This document shows, piece after piece, positions 48,131-62,419 of a stretch of DNA of 64,000 nucleotides. The translations under genes were made by a program, and so were the position numbers. This DNA comes from Lama glama. Lineage: Eukaryota. The first letter of the stretch is position 1; every line of letters starts with the position of its first letter. The stretch covers positions 8,992,001 to 9,056,000 of the forward strand of contig CM052832.1 in the NCBI GenBank assembly GCA_028534125.1, written 5' to 3'. The notes below the pieces were generated by a model. It was not told the origin of the DNA, did no database searches, and saw only the letters and a list, made by a program, of their open reading frames with translations.

Positions 48131-50450
48131 AAGGCAGAGGCAGAGTTTCTACTAAGTGTTTTTTCTCGGTTAAAGCAGCCATCTCCTCTCCAATCGTCCC
48201 CCAACTTCCCATCCTATCAGTCACAAGGCCAAACAAATATAAAATTTACTCCTGCCACACGGAAGGAAACTTGTTTTCCTCAGGAAGGGTCTGGAAGGGG
48301 TAAGTATCCCCCAATGTGGGACCTTCCCATTGGTGGGTGAATTGGTTCAGTTGCTGAATGATCCGATGGTTACAACTCATCTGAATGGACAGTCAGTGGA
48401 AAGGAAGATGATGGGTGAGGCAGGAGGAAGTTAAGAGTGGGGAAAGCTTATCAAGTGTAACATCCCTGGCCAAAGCTAAAAGGGGCAGCTGGTAAGTGAA
48501 ATTCGTTTCCAGGACTCAGATACTGAGTTACGCAGGGGCATGCCAGCATGGCTCTACCAACATGACTTTTGAGTGGAAATGGAACAGGAAGGAAAAAAGA
48601 GGAAAATGACCACTAAGTAGATATGTAGAATCTGTGTGAGGGTCTTCCCTTAAATCCTAGTATTTAATATGTAGAATTGCATTAGCTGTTGCTCATAACG
48701 GTACCCCAGGCCTGTCTCCCAGACATCATAATCACATGGACTATATTAGCCAACAGTAACATATAATTAAGCCTATAAATAAAGGGGATATTATTTCTTT
48801 ACTTCAACATGGCCAGTTAAATGGAGCTCCACTGTATCCTTTGTAAATTTATTTTTTAAGTGTCTAACAGTCTCCAGAACAAACTAATTAATAAAAGCAT
48901 ATGTGAAAAACAGCTTACATCAAAGAAAAACCCTTTCATGACTGTCCCAGCTTTGCTCCCTATTTTACATCTGCACCTAACTCCTCCAGTGGACGAGATG
49001 CCCAAGGGTTAACACGCAAACTGAGAGAGGAAGTTAGCACCAGTCCCTCCTCTGAGGTGTTACTGCCACCAGGACTTCAAAGCACAGAGCACATTTGCTA
49101 CCTCAAAGTTCAAAGTGACAAGCTACCCTTTGAATAGCCCAAGTAAAAGAACAATTTTATAATATTGGATGAAATGAAAAGCCATTGCACATCCCTCCCC
49201 AAATCAAACCAGGTGGCTCAAACACTTGGCAGAACGCTCCTTGGGCGCACGAGCCCTACCCAGTGGCATCAGTCTACCAGACAGGCCTCCTCCTCCAGTC
49301 CCACTTGCGTAGAACTCGACGAGCCATTATAGTCAGTGGTACCCTGAGAATTCTACTTTTTAAATGGCCACACCCTTTTTTGACTAAACAGTTTTACATT
49401 AGGCAAGATGACTCTTATCCTTCCACCCCAGCTCTTCATCGTGCCAGACAGTCATAATACCACCCAAGTGTGCAGGTCTTTTCCCCAGGAGGACACACGG
49501 CCCACCAAAGGAAATCTACCAATGTAAAGTTGTAGAAATCGACTACGATTCTAAAGTGGGAAAACAACCTGAGGATCAGAAACTAATGACTTAAAAGTGA
49601 AGAGCTTAGTTTTCTTTGGAAAGATTCTCCCTTTACTTCTGAACTCTTGTTGAGGCTCTTTTCTCATTAAAGTGACAACCTTGGATTTACGAGGTGGCTC
49701 TCTGGCCACAGGTGACATTTATAAGGCTGTGTGAAAGATGAGGCCCCCCCAAGGGGAAATTCCTGGATCAGTGGTTTAAAACTACTTCTTGGCCCAAAAC
49801 ACTTGAGCAAGACACATCCCCTCAGTAGTAGCAGCTTACGGCAGCAGGATTATGTCAGGGAGAGAAGGGGGCTGTGGTTCGTACAGGATCCTGACAGGCA
49901 CGCTGAGAGATCAGAAATCACTACCCTAGACACCTGAGTACCACTCTAACAAAATTAAAGTTAATATTTAAAATTGCTCTTACTATCCTTAATCAAGAGG
50001 ACACAGTATAAAAAGTGACATTTCAAATCAGTGGGGGTAAGACTTTAGCTGTCTAAAGAAAAGAAGGCAGACTCAGACTTCACGTCTAACACAAAACCAA
50101 ATTCCAGATGCATCTAAGAGTTAAATGTGGGGGAGGGAGGAGAGCCTTAAAGTACTAGAAAAACACATGGGAGAATTTTGTTTTTATAATCTTGGACTAG
50201 GGAAAGTTTAAGGGTGTCACAAGATGCAGAAGTCATAAAAGACAGACAAATTTCATGATAAAAAATTTTTAAATTCTTCATGATAAAAGAAAAAAACATG
50301 AACAAAGTCAAAGATTTTAAAAACCCAAAAAACATAAGTGAGGAAAGTACTTCCAATTCATATCACAAACGGCTTTTCTCCCTAATAAATAAAGAGCTCC
50401 TATTAAAAAAATCAGCTATCCTGCAGAAAATCAAAGGTATGAATGATCAG

Positions 50451-50585
50451 GGAGGAGGGTGTAGCTCAGTGGTAGAGCGCATGCTCAGCATGCACAAGGT
50501 CCTGGGTTCAATCCCCAGCACCTCCATTAAAACATAAATATGTAAACCTATTACCCCCCAAACAAACAACAACAACAAAAAGAAA
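50451..50585 (+). mobile_element. tRNA-Ala-derived SINE (Vic-1 type)
   Basis: GGAGGGTGTAGCTCAGTGGTAGAGCGCATGCTCAGCATGCACAAGGTCCTGGGTTCAATCCCCAGCACCTCC plus A-rich tail. Confidence 0.9.
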
Positions 50586-51099
50586 TGTATTGGTTTCAAG
50601 AACAGTTATTTCAGGAAAGATAGCTAAGCAAATCAATCCTACATTTAAGATATTTTAAATGAGTGGCAATAGAAGAAAACATTAAAAAAGTCATAACACA
50701 GGATTTCAAATACTTCACAAAATGAAATTTGGTATGTCACTGCTACAACAAATGTTTCTCTTTTCTTCCTTATATGCTTCTCTGTTCTTCTTCCAAAAAC
50801 ATTACCTAGTGAAAATGATGACTAATAAGCTAAAACTTTAAACGACCACCAAGAGTCAATATAACAGGCTATCTTGCCAACATATGAAAAATTACAGACA
50901 TTTGCTTTATTTGCATGAATTTGGTATAGCATCAGTATATGCCATAATTTCCAAATCATTTACAAACAGAATTTTAGAAAAAGTGCCAAGGCCAGCAGAG
51001 GGATCACTGGGCAAGTCTATTTAAGCAGTCAGGAACTATGGAATGGTTTCAATGTCCTCAGGTGATCACTTCCTGAACTATTAAAGGTATAATGAGCTG

Positions 51100-53095
51100 C
51101 AGTCACTTTCATTTTTACCCACATATTAACCAGTTCCAGTGCCGTTCATTCCTTTGAGTAAATCCAGATTTTCATCTGGTATCATTTTCCTTCTCCTGAA
51201 GGATGTCCTTGAGTATCTTTCATAGTGCAGATCTGCCGCTGATGATTTCTTTCAGCTTTCCTATGTCTTTAAAATGTGTTTATTTTGCTTTCATTTTTGA
51301 AATGTGTTTCATTGGCATATAGTTCGAGATTGAGTTTTTTTCCTTTTTTTTTTGGTTCTTTAAAGATATTGCTACTGTTTCTTGTTTGCATTATTTCCAA
51401 GTAGAATTCTGTTGTCATTCTTATTTTTGTCCTTCGGTACATAATAGGTCTTCCTCCATCACCCACCATGCTTTAAAGATTTTTCTCTTTATCACCAGTT
51501 TTAAGTAATTTGATTATGGTATGCCTTGGCATAGTTTTCTTCATGCTTCTTGTGTTTGGGGTTCGTTAAACTTCTAGGATCTATAGGTTTACAATTTTCC
51601 TCCAATTTAGAATAATTTCAGCCATTACCTCATTTATTTTGTGCCCCTATCCCTCCTTCAGGGACTCCAATTACCTATGATTATGCTGCTTGAAATAGTT
51701 CCACTGCTCACTGTTGCTCTTTTTAAAAAATTGTTGAAGTGTCTTTTTATCTCTCTGGCTTTCATTCAGGACAGCTTCTATTGCTATGTCTTCAAGCACA
51801 CTAATCTTTCTTCCGCAGTGTCTAATCTGCTTACTAATCCTATCCAATGTATTTGTATTTTCAAACATTGTAGTTTTCATCTCTAGAAACTGGGTCTTCT
51901 TGTTTGTTTGTTTAAACATTTTTTATTGAGTTATAGTCATTTTACAATGTTGTGTCAAATTCCAGTGTAGAGCACAATTTTTCAGTTATACATGAACATA
52001 CATACATTCATTGTCACATCCTCTTTCACTGTGAGCCACCACAAGATCCTGTATATATTTCCCTGTGCTACACGGTACAATCTTGTTTATCTATTCCACA
52101 TTTTGAAATCCCAGTCTGTCCCTTCCCACCCCCCATCCCCTTGGCAACCACAAGTTTGTATTCCATGTCTATAAGTCTGTAGAAACTGGGTCTTTTTTTA
52201 TATTTTCCATGTCTTTGTTTAATATGTTCAACCTTTCCTCTACCTTCTTGAAGTTATACAGAATAGTGATAACTTTTTAAAGTCCTTCTCTACTAATTCT
52301 ATCATTTATATCACTTCTGGCTCTGTTTCTACTGACTGATTTTTTTCTCCTTGTAATGGGTGGTATTTTTTCCTTCTTTTCATGCCTGGTGTTTTTTTTT
52401 ATTGGGTTCTAGACATTGCTAATTCTACATTATTGAGTACTGGATATTTTTGTATCTCTACAGATATTTTTGAACTTTGTCTAGGATACAATTAAGTTAC
52501 TTGTAAATGGTTTCATTCTCTCGAGATTTGTTTTTAAGCTTTGTCAATCTTTAGGGCTAATTTTGCCCTATACTGAGGCAATATCCTGAGTACTTTACTT
52601 GATGTCCCATGAACTGCAAGGATTTTTGCACTCTTGCAGGTGGGAACACAAACAATTCTCTGCCCTGTGCGAGCTCCAAGTTTTGTTTCCTCTAATCCTT
52701 TTGGCGAGTTCTTTCCCAGGACTCGGGTCGTTTCCCTACATACATGTGCTTATCAGGTATCAGCTGAAGACTCAAGGGAGACACTCTGCAGCTCTCCCCT
52801 CTGGTGCTCTGCCCGGTGAGTTTTAGCCACCTCTACCCCCCAGCTACCTCAGCTCAACTCAGGAAGACGATAAGCCTCCATCTGGGTTCCGCTTGCCTGT
52901 GCTGTGGCCTGGAAACCTTCCCTAGGCAGCAAGCTGGACAATTACAGGGCTCACCTTATCTGTTTTCTATTTCTCAGGAGTCACTGCCCTGTGCTGCCTG
53001 ATATTCAGTGTCTAAAAACCATTGCTTAATACATTTTATCCAGTTTTTTAACTGTTTTATGCAGGAAGTCCCTGTTATTCCATCTTGGCCCTATA
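51100..53095 (-). mobile_element. Old L1/HAL1-like 5'-ORF1 region
   Basis: Degenerate ORF1-like peptides (LEMKTTMFENTNTLDRISKQIRH; MYRRTKIRMTTEF...MQTR). Confidence 0.65.
51899..52179 (-). mobile_element. Young L1 3'-end insertion nested in the older element
   Basis: Perfect 15-bp TSD TAGAAACTGGGTCTT at 51884-51898 and 52180-52194; similar to the L1 3' end at 54505-54757 and to window positions 1-50. Confidence 0.9.
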
Positions 53096-54196
53096 GCCAT
53101 TTTTAAGGTTTTGGAAGAAATCACTTTAGGAGCTAAGAACAGCTTATATGAGTTGATTAGCACAAATTATAGGATCAGAGCAGCCTGACAGAGGGAGGAA
53201 AGGAGAAAGAGAGGACAGTAAATTGTACAGGTTTATCCCATGCCCCCTTCTGTTTCCTACCCTGAGGAATAGCTTAGGGAATGGGGAAAGCTGCTTCTTT
53301 AATGACTGTCTTTAATAAAGTTGTTCAGTGGGTGAAAAGAACAGGCATTTAACAAACATTGAGCACCCACTGTGTGCCAAGTACTGTGTTAAAGACTGGG
53401 AATATCAAATGAATATGACACAAAATGCAGTAATAAATATAAATACCCTTAACATTTTTGTAGGACTATAAAAGCAAATAAATTATTATAAACAAGCAAA
53501 CAATATTCCAATAAGTGTCATGATCAGAAAGTTACAACATAAAATAGCCACTTACCCAGGGCAAGTAACTGTTTACGTCAATCAGGATATAAAGTATTCT
53601 CATCTTATTCCTTTTACTATATTGTCATTGTTATGGGCTATTGAATTTTGCAATTGCAAGACTGTGTGAAACTTCCTGGCGTGGTTCCCAATTGTAAGGA
53701 ACTCACTCTTGGAAGAGAGACGGGCAACAGTTCATCAGTGCACTGTGAGAGGTGCTTGAGCTCTTGGCCAGCGTCCCCACGCTTCTTCAGGTGAAGTCAC
53801 TAGGCTTTTTTTGTGAAATAATATGACATTTTACTAGAAGAAAACATGATTATATTTTTACAACTATACCCATTTGTAATAAAAAGAAGCTATCGAACTC
53901 AACATGATGGGCTCGAAGTTTTTCCATTGTTATTCAACCAAGAACTTCATTCTGTCAACAACTAGAGCCTCCTAGCAGCAAGGAAGAAAGGTGGGGAAAA
54001 AAACTAAGAAACATAATCAGGAGAAAAACTTAGGAATCAAAAAATTCCTCGAAGTCAGAAAAGATGATTGTTAATGTAGAAAGCATCGGACCTTGGTTCA
54101 ACTCATGAAATGCAGAATTTAAAGGCATTAAAACTGCTTTAATTACAACTTGGAATGAGGTGGGGCAGAAATAAACCTAATATATTAAGCAATTCA

Positions 54197-54977
54197 ATGT
54201 CATCCGAAGTGAAGTAAACCAGAAAGAGAAAGAAAGATACCATATGATATCACTTATATGTGGAATCTTAAAAAAAAAAAAAAAGACAAATGAACTTATT
54301 TACAAAACAGAAACAGACTCACAGACATAGAAAACAAACTTATGGTTACCAGAGGGGGAGGAGGTGGGAAGGGGTAAATTGGGACGTCAAGATTTGCAGA
54401 TACTNNNNNNNNNNNNNNNNNNNNNNNNNNNNNNNNNNNNNNNNNNNNNNNNNNNNNNNNNNNNNNNNNNNNNNNNNNNNNNNNNNNNNNNNNNNNNNNN
54501 NNNNGAATACAGACTTGTGGTTACCAGGGGGGTAGAGGGTGGGAAGGGATAGACTGGGATTTCAAAATTGTAGAATAGATAAACAAGATTACACTGTATA
54601 GCACAGGGAAATATACACAAAATGTTATGATAAATCACAGAGAAAAAAATGTGACAATGAGTGTGTATATGTCCATGAATGACTGAAAAATTGTGCTGAA
54701 CACGGGAATTTGACACATTGTAAAATGATTATAAATCAATAAAAAAGTTAAAAAAAAAAGATTTGCAGATACTAACTTATATATATATATAATAGATAAA
54801 CAACAAGTTTATACTGTATAGTACAGGGAACTATATTCACCATCCTGTAGTAACTTATGGTGAAAAATATGAAAACGAATATATATATGTTCCTATATGA
54901 CTTAAGTATTGTGCTGTACACCAGAAATTTATACATTGTAAACTGACTATACTTCAATACAAAATATATTTAAAAAA
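54197..54977 (+). mobile_element. L1 3' end containing a second, younger L1 (54405-54757) across an N gap
   Basis: Outer TSD ATTAAGCAAT(T/C)CA at 54184-54196 and 54978-54990; inner TSD AAGATTTGCAGATACT at 54389-54404 and 54758-54773. Confidence 0.88.
54405..54504. other. Assembly gap (approx. 100 N)
   Basis: N run. Confidence 1.
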
Positions 54978-55484
54978 ATTAAGCAATCCAGCTGGCTAAA
55001 CAATATACTATAACATGGGGAGGGGGGAAGAGTGACCAACCTCAGGGGGTCAGGGAGAAGTCTGGCAAGGCTTTACAGGGGCTGGGGACACGTTGGACAC
55101 ACTTGGGCACATTCGAGGCTACCTGGGAAACTGTCCCCCAACTGCAGGCAGGTGGGACCTGCAAACAAGGGCCTCTGGTCAGATAAGAGACACAAATTGA
55201 GGCTGCCATCTCTCCAAACTCAGGGGAGGGTTGTTTCCTGGTAATGTGATGGGAGGAAATGCAGAGGGTGAAACCTTATTTGGGGATGCATCACTCTCAA
55301 CCACCTTCAGCATCAGTCTCTTACTACTCCTTTCCCTCAATTTATTTCTCCCTTTCCCTCTTTACTATATTTACTCATATTTATATTAGAAGGCCAGCTT
55401 TACCAGGACAGAGGTTGGTGTCTGTTCATCGATGCACCTCAGTACCGGGCACGTGACAAGGGCTTACTAAATATTTCCCTCCTC

Positions 55485-56371
55485 AGCCTTACTGAGATAT
55501 AACTGAAAAATAAGACTATATTAGTTTAAAGTGTACAATCTGATGATCTGATATGTGTATATATTGTAAAATGATTACTACAAACACGTCCATCACTTCA
55601 TATAGTTAACTTTTTTTTTTTTGGTGTAGTGAGAACATTTAAAAATCTACTCTCTCAGCAAATTTCAGGTATACAATACAGTATTGGTAACTCTAGTCAC
55701 CATGTTATACATTAGATCCCCAGAACTTACTCATCTTATAACTGAAAGTTTGTACCCTTTGTCCAACATCTCCCCATTTCCCCTACCCCCCAGCCCCTGG
55801 CAACAACCAATCTACTCTGTTTCTATGAGTTCAACTTTTATAGATTCCACATATAAATGAAATCATACAGTATTTGTCTGTCTTTGTCTGACTTACTTCA
55901 CTTAGCTTGTGTTTCATCCATTTTGTCACAAATGGCAGGATTTCCTTCTTTTTATGGCTGAATAATATTCCATGGTAAGTATGTTGTATGTGTATGTTAA
56001 CTACCTATATATTTATCTATGACAATTTCTTTATCCATTCATCCATCAACAGACATTTAGGTTGTTTCCGTATCTTCGCTATTGTGAATAAAACTGTAGT
56101 GAACATGGGGGGTGCACGTAACTCTTCAAGATAGTGACTTCATCTCCTTCAAATATATATCTAGAAGTGGGGCTGCTGGAGCATATCGTACCTATATTTT
56201 TAATTTTTTGAGGACCCTCCATATACTGTTCTTCATGGTGGCTGCACTAATTTACATTCCCACCAACAGTGCACGAGGGTTCCCTTTGTCCACATCCTTG
56301 CCGACACTTGTCATCTCTTGTCTTTTCGATAACAGCCATTCTGCCAGGTGGGAGGTGATATCTCATTGTGG
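55485..56371 (-). mobile_element. L1MA-like 3' end
   Basis: Canonical antisense L1 3' sequence (CCCCAGCCCCTGGCAAC...TAGATTCCACATATAA...TTACATTCCCACCAACAGTG). Confidence 0.85.
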
Positions 56372-58896
56372 GCAATGAACATTTTTTGAAATAAACTTAT
56401 CACCCATTCCAATATATTGGCCACAAGATGACAAAACCTACAGCAGGACTGAGCACACCAGGGAAAGTGTGCTTATTCTCTTTTCCTTGAAACTTACTTC
56501 AGTTTTCCAAGAAAGCATGCTTATTTTGGACACCAGGTTATTCCTATGGGAGAGCAATCTAAAGTGGAAAAGAAAGAGTTATATTTAAACCTAGAACGTA
56601 CAGCGGGGCAGAAGTGATTTCCCAGCATTCCTCCACACTCTGTTCTAGCCACACTGCCACTCTCCTAGCCCCCGACACAATGCACACTCTCCCAGCACCT
56701 GCCCTTGTCCAGGTGACAGTTTTCTTACCTGAAATACTCTTCTTCCTCTTCTAATCTACTGAAATTCCAACCATCATTCAAAATTTATTTTGAATCAACC
56801 TCTGTAAGTCTCTCTGACAACCATGGACTGTCTTTAGGATTTTCTACCCAGAATTCTAAAAGCAAAAACCATGTCTTTTTACACAGATCAGACACTGTTC
56901 TGTGATTATCTTCACTATGCCTCTTTTCTGTACCCAACTAAAGCAGAGCCCAAATTTAAATAAAAACAGTAGAGAGTGCTACGAGAGTACAATGAATTCT
57001 CCCATCTGAAAGCCATGACATTTTTAGACTGTATGGTTTCTTGGCATCAGTGAACTGATAATACTGGCCCATTACAACAGGCTCTAGTCTCATTTTATAC
57101 CTTAACTCACCCCAGCCTCCCCCGTGTGGAACTCTTGTTTCTTTGCCATCTTGACCATCTGATGTCCCCCAAACTTATCATATCACTTTTTCCATTCTTT
57201 GGCTTTGTGCTTGTCCCTTTACTTAGAAAACAAAAGACCTTCCCATCCACCTCCAAGCAGTCAACTGATCATGCCTACTTATCTTTTAAGGCTTTGAGTA
57301 AAAATGATATTGCCTTTCTTTAAAAAAAAAAAATCCCTAAGCAAAATTAGTTGCTGACTTATATGTATCCCTAGAACATGTCTGACCTGTTACTAGGTCT
57401 GACACACGTATGACAAACTTTGTTTTTCTGACTCCCTCATTAGCTTACAAGTTCCATGAAATCTGGGTCAGTTTCTTCCCATCTTCCTGTTACCAGAGTT
57501 TATTGTGATACCTGATACAAATGTGCCCAATAAACACATCTTACTCAATTGAATTAAGTAAGATTTTGGTCTAAGAAACTAACTTTTTCAGGGGTGAGGT
57601 CAGTTCCTCATCATTGAGTTTCCAACAATACGCAGCGAGGCCACACGTGAACACTTTTGCACAATTATAAAGCGCAGGGTTTGGATGCAGGGCTGGTCAT
57701 CCAGCGTCCAGGATCCACTGGCTTAGGCTGGGCCTGTACGTATCTAGCCAGGCATCCGTGCTGGGTAGAAAAAGCCTTGAGAGCTTGACAGATTTCCCAT
57801 CTCTGCTCCAGATCAGATGGTTCAACTCTCTGAGGCATAAAGAAATGTCATTTTTTAAGACCCATAGGACCAAAAAAATTGTGTATCCTTCTGTGATAAC
57901 CCATTTAATGTTCAACAAACCTTAAAACAGGAATTTATGTACTGAACATAAATATAAAATCCTTGGAGTCCCCAAATCATTAGCAGCAACTTATTCTAAT
58001 AATATGTCTTCATTAACAGGCTCAGAAGTAAAAGTCTTAAGTTGAAGGGTCCCTGGCACAGCCGTGTATGACTTCTTGAGGCCATCAGTAACAGACCTGA
58101 CAGGAAAAAAAAACACAACTGTGCAGTATAGGAAAAACAGATGTCCTGCCAAAAATGTTTTCATAATTTCCTTATTGTGTTGTATAAGAGACAACATTTT
58201 AATGACTATGGAAAACAATACACAGGAAATGAATGAGAAATGATCAACAAATGCTGCTGTCCTGATTGCTATTAAGTACTGAGTAAAAAACTAAGTTGAA
58301 ACTATCTTTGTGATAATTCACAAAACTTCACTACATAGAATAGTAAGTACTAAAAATATGACTCAATTCTCTTCAGTTACACTACTAAATATCAAAGAAT
58401 TCGTGTATTATACCTCCAAGAAAAAGGTGAATTTCTATTTTAATCATTGATTACCCTATTTATTACTTTCTTCCACTAAAGCTAATCAATCATTTAGAGA
58501 ATCAGGTCCAATGACAAGCTGACTTAGCAAAAGGGAGCTGTGCCGACACTGAGATAACCACTTACAAAGAGGAACCTAGTCATGTATTAACCAAAAACAC
58601 ATTAACAAAAATTTTAGGAATAGGAATTAAAAACTAGACGAGCCAAAAATAAATCTTATTTCCACCTTTCGTAAAAGCAAATTACCTGAATATTAAACAC
58701 AAACTGCTTTTGACAGTTTTTAAATTTCTAGTTTCATTCAGAAAAATACATATTTTATTAAATGGAGATCTACCTGAGTCTTTTGTGTATTTCCTAATAG
58801 AAAAGGGATTTCTTTTAGAGAACACTGTAAATGAAGTAAAAGAAAAATCCTCCCAATGCGGATTTTTTTTCTACTTTTAAAAACAATGGCTACTCA

Positions 58897-59036
58897 GGGA
58901 AGGGAATAGCTCAGTGGCAGACCACGCACATATGAGGTCCGGGGTTAAATCCCCAGCACCGCCATTAAAATGAAGAAACCAATAAGCCAATAAATAAATA
59001 TCTAATTACCTCCCTACCAAAAAAAAAATTAAAAAC
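58897..59036 (+). mobile_element. Degenerate tRNA-derived SINE (Vic-1 type)
   Basis: TAGCTCAGTGG...ATCCCCAGCACC head, CTAATTACCTCCC tail; TSD AAACAATGGCTA(C/T)T at 58881-58894 and 59037-59050. Confidence 0.85.
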
Positions 59037-59834
59037 AAACAATGGCTATTATTGCACAACACCAGTCAGAAATAGTAAAAAGGATCGCCGTTTGCATTTC
59101 CATCCCACTCCCACAAAATTTACTAGAATACAGTATGGCAATAATTAAGCTATTAAAAAATAAAACAGCCCAATCTTTCTCTATATTTCCTCAAATATAA
59201 CAGGACACTATTGCTCTGTGTTAATGTAATCTGCACACATTATTGTGCCTATGTACGGAACTGCTTTAAAAACTACTTTAAAATGGTAGTAATTCCAAAC
59301 TAAAAACATGTTTCTTTTATTGAGCTTTAGTATTAGCAATCTGGTGAAAGTTATTATGCAAACTCTTGACTCTGACTGCTCTCTGTCAATGAGTAACATT
59401 CAAAATATTTTGGTTCTACGATATGTTCCAAGAAAAACAAGCCCTATAAAAACAACTAACAATATTAACAAACAAAATTCCATCTTACAAAGTCAACGAT
59501 GTTACCAAAGAAGAGATGCCAAGGATTTCTTTTTATAAAAGCAGACTCAAAAGGAAGATGTGTACATGAAATCAGTATTTTTAAGGAGGAGAGACTGAAA
59601 GGAACTTCTTCAAGGCTTGATTTAAGAAAAATACATATGTAGCATATTACTCCAAGCAAGATTTCATTGTTTCTACAAAAATTTTAAAGAAGCTGAATTA
59701 CTCTCTCTCTCCTAAACTCCATTTAAGAAAAATAAACTTCCACCTAGTATGAAATCTTTCACAAACTCTAAGAAATGCCATGTGAACTGGAATTTAAATT
59801 TGCTATAATTTCTATACAAAAAAACCCCCATAAA

Positions 59835-59951
59835 ATACAGAGTCTTAGTTGAGGAAAATGAAAAAGTTCTGGGGAAGAATGGTGGTGATGGTTCCACAAC
59901 AATGAGAATGTACTTAATGCCACAGAACTGTGCTTAAAATGGCTAAAATGG
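59835..59951 (+). mobile_element. L1MB-like 3' end, left half (continues at 63073-63120)
   Basis: AAAAGTTCTGG...GGTGGTGATGGTT.CACAACAATG.GAATGTACTTAATGCCAC.GAACTGT..CTTAAAATGG resumes as TCAATTTTATGTTATGTATATTTTACCACA after the insert. Confidence 0.8.
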
Positions 59952-61757
59952 AGACATAGGTCAAGATGGCAGAGTGGTAGGACCACGAGCTTGCCTCTCC
60001 CCGTGACTACAACAAAACCACAACTGAATGGTAAACAACCATCGGAAAAAGACTGGAACCTAGCAAAAAAGATCTTCTGCAATTGGAAACATAAAGAGGG
60101 AACCACAGCAGGACAGTAGGAGGGGCATGCTCGCCATATAATTGATCCCCAGACCCCCAGGTGGGCGACCCACAAGCTGAAGATTTGTTAAGTTGCAGAG
60201 GCCCTCCCACAGGAGTGAGTGCTCTAAGCCCCACACCAGGCTCCCCAACTCAGGTCCCGCATTGGGAAGAGAAGCAGATCCCAGGACATCTGGTTTTGAA
60301 GGCAAGGGGGGCTTGACTCTGGGAGCCTCATGGGCCTGGAGGAAACGGAGACTCCATTTGCTTGAGAAGTGTACACGGAAACTCATGTGCACCAGTTCCA
60401 AGGGCAGAGGCAGTGATTTCATAGGAACCTGGGCCAGACCTGCCTGCTAGATTTGGACGGTCTCCTGGGGATGTGGGGGATGGCTGCAGCTCACTCAGGG
60501 CACATAAAGCTGGTGGTGGACATTCTGGGAGTATTAATCTACAGGAGCTTTCCTGGAGGCTGATATCCTAATTGGGTCATTAGCACCAAGACCTAGCCCC
60601 ACCCAACAGCCTGTAGGGAAGCCTCAGGCCAAACAACATACAGGGTGGGAGCAGAGCCACACCCATCATCAGACTTCCTAAGCCACAAAGGCCTCTAGAC
60701 ACAGCCCTACCCACCAGAGGTCCAGACCAAGCTTCACCCAACAGTGGGCAGGCACTGGCTCCTCCTGCCAGGAAACCTGCATAAGCCTCTAGTCCAGCCT
60801 CATCTACCAGGGCAGATACTAGAAGTAAGAAAACAATAATCCCAAAGCCTGTGGAAGGAATCCACAAACACATAGAAAGAAAGACGATCTGAGGTGGCAA
60901 AGAAGTATCTCCCAGGCCAAGGCACAAGATAAAATCCCAGAAGAAGAAATAAGTGATGAGGAGATGGGTAATTTATCTGAGAAGAGTTTAAAGTAATGAT
61001 GGCCAAGATGTTCAGAGAACTCAAGAGGAGTATAGATGCACAGAGTGAAGTTTTTAGCAAAGAGTTGGAAAATACAAAGACCTGAGTTGAAGAATAAAAT
61101 CACTGAAATGAACAGTACACTAGAAGGAACCAAGAACAGACTAAATGAGGCAAAAGAACAGATTAGTGAGCTAGAAGACAGATTAATGGAAATCACTACT
61201 TCAGAACAAAGAAAAAAGAATAAAAAGGAAGGAGGATAGTTTAAGAGAACTCTAGGACAACATGAGACGCTCTAATATTCACATTATAGGGGTCCCAGAA
61301 AAAGAAGAGAGAGAGAAAGGACCTGAGAAAATCTGGGGAGAGGTAATAACTGAAAACTTCCCCAATGTGGGAAAGGAAACAGCCGCCCAAGTCCTGGAAG
61401 CGCAGAGAGTACCACAAAGAATCAATCCAAAGAGGAACACACCAAGAAGGCACATAATCATCAAATTGACAACAATTAAGGATAAGGAGAAAATATTAAA
61501 ATTAGCAAGAGAAAAGCAATGAATAGCATACAAGGGAACTCCCATAAGGTTATCAGCTGATTACAACCAAGAATACTCTATCCACCAAGGCTCTCGTTCA
61601 GACCAGATGGAGAAATCAAAAACTTCACAGATAAAAGCTAAAAGACTTCAGCACCACCTAACCAGCTTTACAACAAATGTTAAAGGACCTTCTCTAGTCA
61701 TCAAAGCATAAGAAAAGAGAACAAAAAGGAGGAGGAAGAAAAAAAAGAGACCTACAA
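59952..61757 (+). mobile_element. L1 5' UTR plus disrupted ORF1
   Basis: Starts with the YY1-type CAAGATGGC L1 5' end; ORF1p peptides ELKNKITEMNSTLEG..RLNEAKEQISELEDR and RRSNIHIIGVPE...ENFPN...PRRHIIIKL. Confidence 0.92.
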
Positions 61758-62135
61758 GATTGCTTTGGCTGTTCGAGGTCTTTCATGGTCCCTTACAAAT
61801 TTTGGAATGGTTTGTTCCAGTTCTGTGAGGAATGTCGCAGGTATTTTGATGGGGGTTGCGTTGGATCTGTGGATTGCTTTGGGTAGTGTAGCCATTTTGA
61901 TAGTGTTGATTCTTCCAATCCAAGAGCACAAGAAATCTTCCCATTTCTTTGTGTCCTTTCACTTTTCAGAGTATAGGTAACCTCCTTGGTTAAGTTTATT
62001 TCTGAGTATTTTTTTGTTTTTGATATAATGGAAATGTCTCTGCCAGTTATAAAATTCTGGTTTTTGAAGTGAAAAAAAAGTGAATGAAGGGCCTCAAATG
62101 GCAAAATATCCTTTTGTATGGGTGAGTTGTGTTCC

Positions 62136-62177
<42 letters not shown>

Positions 62178-62300
62178 TATATGAATCTCCATTATCTATT
62201 CAACTATTGATGTGCACTTAGGATGCTTCCTTATCTTGGCAATTATAAATAATATTGCTGTTAAGAGCAGGGTGTATGTATCTTTTTGAGTTAATTCTTA
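61758..62300 (-). mobile_element. Antisense L1 ORF2 and 3'-end fragments with (AC)n at ~62139-62171
   Basis: Antisense L1 ORF2 phrases (GGATTGCTTTGGGTAGT..GCCATTTT...GATTCTTCCAATCCA) and L1 3'-UTR sequence. Confidence 0.8.
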
Positions 62301-62419
62301 TTTTGTGGTTGGCTTTATTTCTTTGATAACTATGTAAGTTTAAAAAGCTAAAGCTCTAAACGTTCTTAGAATCAATGAACAGTACATACATATAAGTTAA
62401 AAAATATGTGCAGTGAAAA

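Noticed and set aside
50455..50527. tRNA-Ala-like gene
   Set aside because: It has a SINE-type A-rich tail and similar diverged copies at 4840, 10487 and 58897, so it is a SINE, not a tRNA.
57996..58096. Possible BICRAL 5'-UTR exon (acceptor TTTTTTTTCCTGTCAG at 58097)
   Set aside because: No canonical GT donor at the expected end (reads ATAAGT); cannot be supported without transcript data.
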